64,000 nucleotides of DNA from Verrucomicrobiota bacterium (GTDB taxonomy: Bacteria; Verrucomicrobiota; Verrucomicrobiia; Limisphaerales; J093): assembly GCA_022710935.1 (NCBI GenBank), contig JAKLFY010000031.1, positions 1,857 to 65,856 on the forward strand. The letters run 5' to 3'. Shown here in pieces: positions 10,253-18,199 of this stretch. How positions within the stretch are numbered: the stretch's first letter is position 1; every line of letters starts with the position of its first letter. Made by a program: the position numbers and the translations under genes. Under the pieces are notes generated by a model. It was not told the DNA's origin. It was given only the letters and a program-made list of their open reading frames with translations, and did no database searches.

Positions 10253-12061
10253 ATGGCTGCAACGAGTCAAACCCCGCCGGTGAACGCCCCCGAAGCGCGA
10301 CGCGCAGCGCGCCTTTTTTGGATCACGGCAGCGATCGCCGCGATTTTCTGCGTCGGCGTCATCATCGCGCTGGTGATTCGACATGTTCAGTCGAGAGTGG
10401 ACGATCCGCTCAAGTCGCGGGAGTTGATCGCGCTCAAGGCCAGGCTGCTCGAGACCCCCCAGGACGAGCAGCTCAAGGAACAGATCCGCGCCCTGGATCT
10501 GCGGCTGCGCCAGGTGTACTTCCGGCAGATCGCTTTTCAGGCTGCGGGGGCATGGCTCCTGTTGGCGGGCGGCGCGCTGCTGGTCTGGTCGGCGCGCCAG
10601 GCGGCCCGACTCGAGGCCCAGGTCTACTGCCCGCGCCTGGTCACGGACGCCGCGGAGCGGCAGGATCGGCTCGCCGGGCGCGCGCGGCGAGCCGTCATCG
10701 GCATGGGCGCCTTGGCGGGTTTGGGTCTCGTCGCGTTGGCGTTGTCGAGCGGGACAGCCCTTCCCGAGCGTCCGGACCAGATCGGGAAGTTCCTGGCCAG
10801 GCTCGGAGGCGAGGAGGGCGAGGAGGCGTCCGGTCCGATGCCCGCGGCTCTGTTTGCGGCGAACTGGCCGCGCTTTCTCGGTCCGACGGGCAATGCGTAC
10901 GCGAGCAACGGCGTGCCGTTCGAGCCGTGGGATGTGGCGACGGGCGCCGGCATCCTGTGGCGCGCCAGTGCCACCAACCAGGGGTTCAATTCGCCCATCG
11001 TCTGGAGTAACCGCGTCTTTCTCTCAGGCGCCGAGCAGCAGCAAAGGGAGGTGTTTTGCTATGACGCGGACAGCGGGGCGCTCGTCTGGCGTCGGCCCGT
11101 CGCCAACATTCCAGGCAGCCCGGCGCAGTTGCCCGAGGTCGCCGAGGGCACGGGCCTGGCCGCGCCGTCCATGGCGACCGATGGCCGGCGGGCATTCGTG
11201 ATTTTCGGCAACGGGGATCTGGCGGCCTTCCGTTTCGACGGCACGCTGGCGTGGGCCAAGCATCTGGGCGTGCCCAAGAACGCGTACGGGCATGCCACGT
11301 CGCTTGTCCCCTGGCAGGACCGCCTGTTGGTCCAGCTCGATCAAGGCCAGGCCGAACAGAACCGTTCGCGCCTCTACGCCTTCGATGGCGCGACGGGGCG
11401 AATCGTGTGGGAACGGACGCGCGCGGTTCCGGAGTCGTGGGCCACGCCGTGCGTCGCGGACACGCCGGTCGGCCCGCAGATCATCACGCTTGGCGGCCCC
11501 TGGGTGATTGCTTACGCGGCGATGGATGGCGCCGAGTTGTGGCGCGGCGAAGTCCTGATGGGCGAGATCGCCCCTTCGCCCATTTACGTCGGCGGCCTGG
11601 TCCTGACACCGAGCCCGATGGACAGACTGGTGGCGCTGCGTCCCGACGGGCAGGGCAACGTTACCCAGAGCCACGTGGCCTGGACGGCCGAGGACAACAT
11701 CCCGGACATCACCAGCCCTGCCAGCAACGGCGAGCTTGTGTTCCTGGCGACCACGTACGGGACCTTGACCTGTTACGACGCCGGGAGCGGCGAGAAGCAA
11801 TGGGAACAGGAGCTCGAAATCGAGATCAACGCGACCCCCGCCATCGCGCGGGACCGTCTGCTCGTCCTCGGCAAGAAGGGCGAGGTCCTGATCGCCAAGG
11901 CGGCGCGCGAATTCAAGGAAGTGGCCCGTTTCGACATGGGCGAACCCATTCTCGCCAGTCCCGCTCTGCTGTCGGACCGGCTGTTTATCCGCACCACGAA
12001 GACCCTGTTCTGCATCGGTGCGAAGGCGGCGCAATCCAAGGCGCCCGAGAAACAACCGTGA
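10253..12061 (+). CDS. membrane-anchored PQQ-like (BamB-type) beta-propeller repeat protein
   Basis: Three N-terminal hydrophobic helices are followed by repeated blades of the form ...GALVWRR..., ...GRIVWER..., ...GAELWRG..., ...GEKQWEQ... Confidence 0.65.
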   Translation: MAATSQTPPVNAPEARRAARLFWITAAIAAIFCVGVIIALVIRHVQSRVDDPLKSRELIALKARLLETPQDEQLKEQIRALDLRLRQVYFRQIAFQAAGAWLLLAGGALLVWSARQAARLEAQVYCPRLVTDAAERQDRLAGRARRAVIGMGALAGLGLVALALSSGTALPERPDQIGKFLARLGGEEGEEASGPMPAALFAANWPRFLGPTGNAYASNGVPFEPWDVATGAGILWRASATNQGFNSPIVWSNRVFLSGAEQQQREVFCYDADSGALVWRRPVANIPGSPAQLPEVAEGTGLAAPSMATDGRRAFVIFGNGDLAAFRFDGTLAWAKHLGVPKNAYGHATSLVPWQDRLLVQLDQGQAEQNRSRLYAFDGATGRIVWERTRAVPESWATPCVADTPVGPQIITLGGPWVIAYAAMDGAELWRGEVLMGEIAPSPIYVGGLVLTPSPMDRLVALRPDGQGNVTQSHVAWTAEDNIPDITSPASNGELVFLATTYGTLTCYDAGSGEKQWEQELEIEINATPAIARDRLLVLGKKGEVLIAKAAREFKEVARFDMGEPILASPALLSDRLFIRTTKTLFCIGAKAAQSKAPEKQP

Positions 12062-14595
12062 AACCGCCCGTCTCGACGATTCACAGTGCGCCCCTGGCCG
12101 GACCCGACTCGGCGGCCAATCCGCCCGGTTCGGTGGATCTGGCTTTTGTGGACGCAGCGGTCGAGCGGTTGGGGCGGACGCCCGCGGCCCTGATCCCGAT
12201 TCTGCAGGCCGTGCAGGGGCATTACGGCTATCTGCCCGCGCGCGCTCTCGAGCGGATTGGTGAGATTACGGCGATCACGCCGGCGGCGATCACCGGCGTG
12301 TCGACCTTCTACGACATGTTCCGGCACGCGCCGGTCGGGCGGCACCTCGTCCGCGTCTGCCACGGCACGGCCTGCCATGTCACCGGCTCCGAGCGGGTCG
12401 AGGACGCGCTCCGCCGGCAGTTGCGGATCCCGGACGGAGACGATACGGATCCGGACCGGCAATTCACGATCGAGCCGGTGGCGTGTCTGGGATGCTGCAC
12501 CCTGGCGCCGGTGGTCAGGATTGGCGGCAGCACGTTCGGCCACACCACCGCCGAGAAGGTCCCTCAACTCCTGCGCGATTTCCTCGAAAGCCAGCGGGCC
12601 CTCGGCGGCTCGGCGCGGTCGACGGAGGATCTCAAGGCGCGCCCCGGTCGCGCGATCGAGATCCATGTGGGCCTGGGCTCGTGCTGCATGGCGAAAGGCA
12701 GCGACCGGCTGTTTCACGCGCTCGTGGATCACGCCGAGCGCTGCGGCGGCAGCGTCGTGGTCAAGCGGGTGGGCTGTGTGGGGATGTGCCATCGCACGCC
12801 GTTGGTCGAGGTGGCCGAGGCCAACGGGCGCAGCACGTTCTACGCGGGGGTGCAACCGGGGAACGCCGCCGCCCTGCTCGAGCGGCATCTGCGTCCGCGC
12901 GCCTGGCTCGCGCGCGTGAGCCGCTTCTGGGAGAATGCCATCGACCAGGTGCTCGTCGATCGCACCGAGCCGGACCAGGTCCGGTCGTGCGCCCTCGATC
13001 TGCGGGAGGGGAGCGTCTCGGCCTTCCTCGGTAAGCAGGTGCACATCGCCACCGAACACTTCGGCAAGCTCGATCCCCTCGACCTCGACGAGTACCTGGC
13101 GCATGACGGATTTATCGCCCTCCGCCGCTGTCTGGCCGGCCTCGACGCGCGGGCGAGGCCGACGCCTCTCGACGCACCGGCGCCGCACACAGACGCGGAC
13201 TCCGCCCCGGGCGCTCAGCCCCCGGGAAACGCCCTTTCCCCAGAGCGTCCGCCGCTGTCTCCCGAAGAGATCATCGATGCCATCGTGGCGTCAGGACTTC
13301 GGGGGCGCGGAGGGGCCGGTTTCCCGAGCGGACGCAAATGGCAGGTGGCGCGTCAGCAGCCGGGCGCGGTGAAGTATGTTGTCGGGAACGGGGACGAGGG
13401 CGATCCGGGGGCGTTCATGGACCGGATGATTCTCGAGTCGTTTCCGTATCGGGTGATCGAGGGCCTGGCGATCGCGGCCGTCGCCATTGGAGCGCATGAG
13501 GGCGCGTTCTACATCCGGCACGAGTATCCGCTGGCCGTGCGCCGGGTTCGGGCGGCGATTCTCGAACTCGAACGGCGCGGCTGGCTGGGGGACGCGCTGT
13601 GCGGATCGCCCTATCCTTTGCGAATCACCATCAAGGAGGGGGCGGGAGCATTCGTGTGCGGCGAGGAGACGGCGCTGATCCAGTCCGTGGAAGGGCGTCG
13701 GGGCATGCCCAGCCTGCGCCCGCCGTTCCCGGCGCAATCCGGCTTGTGGGGGAAGCCGACCCTGATCAACAACGTCGAGACCCTGGCGATGGTGCCGTGG
13801 ATCATCCGGCACGGTCCGGAGGCGTTTGCCGCCATCGGCACTGACACCAGCAAGGGGACGAAGGTGTTCGCCCTGGCCGGAAGGGTGCGCCGGGGCGGCC
13901 TGATCGAGATACCGATGGGCACGACCGTGCGCGAGATTGTCGAGGACATCGGCGGGGGCGTCGAGGCGGGACGCCGTTTCAAGGCTGTGCAGATTGGCGG
14001 GCCCTCGGGGGGATGCGTCCCTGCGCGGCTGGCGGACACGCCGGTCGATTACGAGTCGCTCCAGCGCGTGGGTGCGATCATGGGGTCGGGCGGGCTGGTG
14101 GTGCTGGACGATTCCACCTGCATGGTGGACATCGCCCGCTATTTCCTCCAGTTCACACAGGATCAGTCGTGCGGCAAGTGCACCTTCTGCCGCATCGGCA
14201 CCAAGCGCATGCTCGAGATCCTCGATCGCCTCTGCGGCGGACGCGGCCACAAGCAGGATCTGGACGAACTCGAGTCGTTGGCCGTTCAGATCAGTCGGGG
14301 CAGCCTCTGCGGCCTGGGCAAGACCGCGCCCAACCCGGTGTTGACCACCCTGCGCTATTATCGGGATGAGTACGAGGCGCACATCCAGGGGCGGTGTCCG
14401 GCGGGCAAGTGCCTGCCGCTGATCAAGTATCACATCACCGCCGACTGCACCGGCTGCACGCTGTGCGCCCAGCATTGCCCCGTCGATGCCATCCCGATCG
14501 CGCCCTACGAACGGCACGTCATCAACCTCGATTTGTGCACGCGCTGCGATTCCTGCCGCCGCGTCTGCCCCCATCACGCCGTGGAGGTGACATGA
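12058..14595 (+). CDS. fused NuoE-like / thioredoxin-like [2Fe-2S] / NuoF-like (FMN, NADH) / 2x[4Fe-4S] subunit
   Basis: The GTG at 12058 overlaps the previous stop (GTGA). The NuoE part is VCHGTACHV...ACLGCC. A second Trx-like ferredoxin follows (GSCCMAKG...CVGMCH). The NuoF motifs are GRGGAGFPSGRKW, GDEGDPGAF, CGEETALI and SCGKCTFCR. The C-terminus carries CTGCTLCAQHCP and CTRCDSCRRVCP. Confidence 0.85.
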   Translation: MKPPVSTIHSAPLAGPDSAANPPGSVDLAFVDAAVERLGRTPAALIPILQAVQGHYGYLPARALERIGEITAITPAAITGVSTFYDMFRHAPVGRHLVRVCHGTACHVTGSERVEDALRRQLRIPDGDDTDPDRQFTIEPVACLGCCTLAPVVRIGGSTFGHTTAEKVPQLLRDFLESQRALGGSARSTEDLKARPGRAIEIHVGLGSCCMAKGSDRLFHALVDHAERCGGSVVVKRVGCVGMCHRTPLVEVAEANGRSTFYAGVQPGNAAALLERHLRPRAWLARVSRFWENAIDQVLVDRTEPDQVRSCALDLREGSVSAFLGKQVHIATEHFGKLDPLDLDEYLAHDGFIALRRCLAGLDARARPTPLDAPAPHTDADSAPGAQPPGNALSPERPPLSPEEIIDAIVASGLRGRGGAGFPSGRKWQVARQQPGAVKYVVGNGDEGDPGAFMDRMILESFPYRVIEGLAIAAVAIGAHEGAFYIRHEYPLAVRRVRAAILELERRGWLGDALCGSPYPLRITIKEGAGAFVCGEETALIQSVEGRRGMPSLRPPFPAQSGLWGKPTLINNVETLAMVPWIIRHGPEAFAAIGTDTSKGTKVFALAGRVRRGGLIEIPMGTTVREIVEDIGGGVEAGRRFKAVQIGGPSGGCVPARLADTPVDYESLQRVGAIMGSGGLVVLDDSTCMVDIARYFLQFTQDQSCGKCTFCRIGTKRMLEILDRLCGGRGHKQDLDELESLAVQISRGSLCGLGKTAPNPVLTTLRYYRDEYEAHIQGRCPAGKCLPLIKYHITADCTGCTLCAQHCPVDAIPIAPYERHVINLDLCTRCDSCRRVCPHHAVEVT

Positions 14596-16223
14596 ACGAC
14601 ACCGAAAACGGCACTCCGCGCCAGACGCCCGAATTCGAGATCGTGATCGACGGGCGTCCGGTGACCGTGCGCGAAGGGGAGACCGTGCTGGCTGGCGCGC
14701 GCCGCTTGGGACTCGATATCCCCACGCTCTGCTACCTCCCGAAATGCGGTCCCTTGACCTCCTGTCTGGTTTGCCTGGTCAAGGTCCGCGCGGGGGGGGG
14801 AGGCGGCGGGCGTCTTGTGCCGTCGTGCGGCCTCGAAGTCCAACCGGGCATGGTGATTGAAAGCGAGACCGACGAGGTGCGGACGGCGCGGCGCACGGCG
14901 CTCGAACTGCTTTTCAGCGATCACGTCGGCGATTGTCTCGCGCCCTGCCATCGCCTCTGCCCCTTGCACCTCAACATCCCGGTGATGCTTCGTCAGGTCG
15001 AGACCCAGGCCTGGGACGCGGCAACCAGCACTGTGCTGCGGGCGCTGCCGATGCCCGCGATCCTCGGGCGGCTTTGCCATCACCCCTGCGAGAACGGCTG
15101 CCGCCGCGGGACACACGATCAGCCCACCGCGATTCGCGATGTCGAACGCCTGGTCGCCGACCGGGACCTGGCATCGTCGAGTCCGTTCCTGCCGCCGCGC
15201 AAGCCCGCGACGGGGAAATCGGTGGCGATCATCGGGGCGGGACCGACTGGGCTTGCCGCGGCCTTCTTTCTCCTGCGAGAGGGGCACGGCGTCACAATCT
15301 TCGATCGCCATGACAAACCGGGTGGGAGCCTGCGCATCGAGGTGGCTGGCGGCGCGTTGGATTCGGCGACGCTTGACGCCGAAATGAACCGGCTGCGGGC
15401 CCTCGGCGCCCAGTTCAGCCTCGGGGTCGAGTTGGGGCGCGACGAGACGCTCGAAGGCCTTTTGCCGCGCTTTGACGCCGTGCTTGTCGCTTGGGGCCAA
15501 AAGGACAAGGCCCGCGACAGCCTGGGTCTGACAACCACCCCAACCGGCATCCGGGCCGATCCCCTCACCGCGGCGACTTCGCGGTCAAAGGTCTTCGCCG
15601 CGGGAGCCGCCATCCGCCCGATCAAGCACCTCGTTCGCGCCATGAGCGAGGGACGGTCCGCCGCCCTCGCCGTCCATCGCACCCTGGTCGGACTGAAAGC
15701 GGGGGGCGAACAACGGCTTTTTTCGAGTGTGATGGGACGTTTGAGCGCCCCCGAGCTGGGGCTTTTCCTGATCGGGCATAACCCCGCTCCCCGCATCTCC
15801 CCCGGGCAGGGTGTGCTGCGCGGTTTCACCGTTCTCGAAGGCCGGGGCGAAGCGGGCCGTTGTCTGCACTGCGACTGCCGTGCCGAAGGAAACTGCCAAC
15901 TGCAGCATTACGGCGAGTTGTACGGCGTCGAGCCGGGCCGGTTTCGTTCCCAACGCCGCCCCTTCGAACAGCATCTCGAACGCGGCGAGATCGTGTTCGA
16001 GCCGGGCAAGTGCATCCTGTGCGGCATCTGCGTCAGGATCACGGAGCTGGCGCGGGAACCGCTCGGGCTGACGTTCATCGGGCGCGGATTTGACGTGCGG
16101 GTGGCTGCGCCGTTGGACCGTGCGATTGCCGACGGCTTGCAGAAAGTGGCCCGGGAATGTGTCGAGGCCTGTCCGACGGGCGCTCTGGCCTTCAAGCATG
16201 ACGTCCGGCCTCCCGAGCCATAG
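14592..16223 (+). CDS. [2Fe-2S] ferredoxin domain fused to a GltD-like FAD/NAD(P)-binding oxidoreductase with a C-terminal Fe-S domain
   Basis: The ATG at 14592 overlaps the previous stop (ATGA). The N-terminus is NuoG-like and 2Fe-2S (TLCYLPKCGPLTSCLVCLV). Next come a GltD-like CHHPCENGCRRG and the dinucleotide fold VAIIGAGPTGLAAAFFL. The C-terminus carries CILCGICV and ECVEACPTGA. Confidence 0.8.
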   Translation: MNDTENGTPRQTPEFEIVIDGRPVTVREGETVLAGARRLGLDIPTLCYLPKCGPLTSCLVCLVKVRAGGGGGGRLVPSCGLEVQPGMVIESETDEVRTARRTALELLFSDHVGDCLAPCHRLCPLHLNIPVMLRQVETQAWDAATSTVLRALPMPAILGRLCHHPCENGCRRGTHDQPTAIRDVERLVADRDLASSSPFLPPRKPATGKSVAIIGAGPTGLAAAFFLLREGHGVTIFDRHDKPGGSLRIEVAGGALDSATLDAEMNRLRALGAQFSLGVELGRDETLEGLLPRFDAVLVAWGQKDKARDSLGLTTTPTGIRADPLTAATSRSKVFAAGAAIRPIKHLVRAMSEGRSAALAVHRTLVGLKAGGEQRLFSSVMGRLSAPELGLFLIGHNPAPRISPGQGVLRGFTVLEGRGEAGRCLHCDCRAEGNCQLQHYGELYGVEPGRFRSQRRPFEQHLERGEIVFEPGKCILCGICVRITELAREPLGLTFIGRGFDVRVAAPLDRAIADGLQKVARECVEACPTGALAFKHDVRPPEP

Positions 16224-16317
16224 CCCGCATTTCTCACCAACTTTTGATGTCATCTGACCGGTCACTGTCACATTTCCGGTTACAGTTCCTCGCGAAGCGT
16301 GTGAAATAACCGGGCTA
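16221..16317. repeat. TAGCCCGCAT-type inverted-repeat element, copy a (degenerate right end CCGGGCTA)
   Basis: The left terminus TAGCCCGCAT at 16221-16230 supplies the TAG stop of the 14592-16223 gene. The right terminus at 16311-16317 pairs with 7 of 10 bases. Confidence 0.55.
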
Positions 16318-16348
16318 AACCTGATCCGCGCGCAACCAATACTCTCTG

Positions 16349-17575
16349 ATGGTGTTCAAAAGGACCATGAGCGATAGTGGGCTCGTGACAACGCTGCGCA
16401 ATTTGTTGTGCCTGACCTTGGTGGCGGGAGGTTTGGCTTTTGCGTTCGGTGCAAGCCCGGCCCAGAACGACGGTGATGTGCCGGCCGAGGAAGCGCCCGC
16501 CCCGCCCGAACCGGGATCAGAAGATCCGGCGACGCCGGCTGCCCCTGTCGAATCCGAGGACACCCCTCAGCCCGAAGCGCCTGAGGAACCCGGGCAACCG
16601 ATGGAACCTAAGGAGGACGGGGGGCCTGAGGCTGCTCCAGCGCCCAACGTCGAGGAGAAACCGCCGCGGGCTGATGGCAGGAGCCTTCCCAACCCGACAC
16701 CGCCTGCGCAGCCAGTGCCTGTCCAACCGGCGCCCGCCCAGTCCAAGCCTGCCCAGCCGGCGCCTGCCGAGCCGGACGTGACTTCGGCTCCGACCGCGGG
16801 CCCGGCGCAAGATTCTCCCTACCAGTCGATCGTTCTGCGCAACGCATTCGGTCTCAAGACGCCGCCTCCCCCTGCGCCTCCGCCCGAACAACCGGCCCAA
16901 CAGGTCTCGCCCTCGGCGCTGAAGTTGTCCGGGATCATCACCTTGTTGGGCGGGCGCCACGCCACCTTCGTCCTTCAGGAGCCCGGCAAGCCGCAGATCA
17001 ACTCCGATCTGGTCGCCGAAGGTGACAAGGACTGGCTGATCACGAATCTCCACGTCCTGCAGATCGACGAGCGGGCGGGGGCAGTGCGCGTTGCCTACGC
17101 AGGAAAGGAGATGACTCTCGACTTCGTGAACAACGGGCTCAAGCCTCCGGCGGCGCCCGCGGCCGCTCCCGGGGCTGTGCCTGGGCGCCCAGGCCAGCCG
17201 CAGCCCGGGGGCACGACACCCGCTGCGGCTGCCGCCCGGGCGACTTGGACCAGACCCGGGGCGGCGGGGACTGCGCCCTCGATCGCCCCCGGGGGGACGC
17301 CGACTCTGACTACGCCCAACCCGAGCGGCCTGCAGTCCATTCCCGTAAGGCCGACCCGCCTCTCTTCCGGAGCCGTTTCGGGAATCAACGCCCCGACGCA
17401 GTTTGGCGGCGGAGGCGAGGCCGTGCAGCCCCCTCAGCCGGCCCTTGCGCCCGAACAGCAGATGCTCCTGATGCGCGCCCAGGAGGAAATCTCGCGCCGT
17501 CAGGGGGTGCCCTTCCCGCCCAGCCCGCCCATCCCCGGGTTGAACAATGCGCCGCCGATGCCCGGCGCGCAGTGA
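16349..17575 (+). CDS. secreted proline/alanine-rich low-complexity protein
   Basis: Signal-like N-terminus LLCLTLVAGGLAFAFGASPAQ. Long PAPxxP-type tracts surround one globular segment (YQSIVLRNAFGL...VAYAGKEMTLDF). Confidence 0.55.
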   Translation: MVFKRTMSDSGLVTTLRNLLCLTLVAGGLAFAFGASPAQNDGDVPAEEAPAPPEPGSEDPATPAAPVESEDTPQPEAPEEPGQPMEPKEDGGPEAAPAPNVEEKPPRADGRSLPNPTPPAQPVPVQPAPAQSKPAQPAPAEPDVTSAPTAGPAQDSPYQSIVLRNAFGLKTPPPPAPPPEQPAQQVSPSALKLSGIITLLGGRHATFVLQEPGKPQINSDLVAEGDKDWLITNLHVLQIDERAGAVRVAYAGKEMTLDFVNNGLKPPAAPAAAPGAVPGRPGQPQPGGTTPAAAAARATWTRPGAAGTAPSIAPGGTPTLTTPNPSGLQSIPVRPTRLSSGAVSGINAPTQFGGGGEAVQPPQPALAPEQQMLLMRAQEEISRRQGVPFPPSPPIPGLNNAPPMPGAQ

Positions 17576-17683
17576 CCGACTTGGGCTTGTCTATGGAGTT
17601 TGGACATTCTTGGTATTGGACTTTATCGCACACTTGATCGCACACTTCATCGATCTGTGGCGAGCAGGACCAAGAGGCAAGGA

Positions 17684-17828
17684 TGTTCTCCCTGGACAAA
17701 TTGAAGGTGTGGGAACGCATCTGGAGCTTTGCACGCGCACGGGCAAGCTTGATCCCGAAGAGAGAGCGTGCGCCATGGCCGTGCTGGAGCGAATCGCATC
17801 GATGCTGGGTGGCTTGGGCTCGGGCTGA
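17684..17828 (+). pseudogene. possible decayed four-helix-bundle (23S rRNA IVS-type) gene remnant
   Basis: The ATG at 17684 gives MFSLDKLKVWERI..., a family-like N-terminus. A different frame ends ...GKLDPEERACAMAVLERIASMLGGLGSG*, a family-like C-terminus. The total length is far too short, and the segment has locally lower GC. Confidence 0.3.
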
Positions 17829-17904
17829 TCGAACAGAGCCTGCCGGACGATGAAGTGTGCGATGAAGATCCTGCAACCGCATCGACAAGCATCGAGAATG
17901 TCCA

Positions 17905-18135
17905 TACTCCAGGCCCGGTGCGGGCACCGGGCCGACACCGGATGGAGACTCCCGTTGTAGGCCGCGTGCCCCCACGCGGCGCAAAGAGAGGCACCGGTGC
18001 GGTCGCCGGGTCAGGGGACCCGGCCTACAAGGGGCAGACATCGGTGTTGTAGGCCGCGTGCCCCCACGCGGCGCGGCAGGCGTGCCCTCACGGGGCGCAA
18101 ACTCGATTCTCACCCGACGACCTCCAGATCCACTG
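17905..18135. repeat. MITE/REP-like composite element, copy B (dimer with two hairpin cores)
   Basis: The core GCCGCGTGCCCCCACGCGGC occurs twice (17961-17980 and 18053-18072). The GGCCTACA..TGTAGGCC hairpin is also present. The right end CCAGATCCACTG is a degenerate terminus. Confidence 0.75.
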
Positions 18136-18199
18136 CGAGAGGCGGGCTGGCGGAGTTTCTTCTGGCTTTTCCCCGAGCCCCTCCTCCACTATTTCGCGC

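Noticed and set aside
16221-16317. The TAGCCCGCAT elements might be integron attC sites or PYLIS-like amber-readthrough signals.
   Set aside because: The termini do not match the attC R''/R' cores (RYYYAAC and GTTRRRY), and no intI or attI is present. Reading through the TAG adds only 7-22 residues before another stop, and no pyl genes are seen. Both ideas are kept only as hypotheses to exclude by genome-wide analysis.
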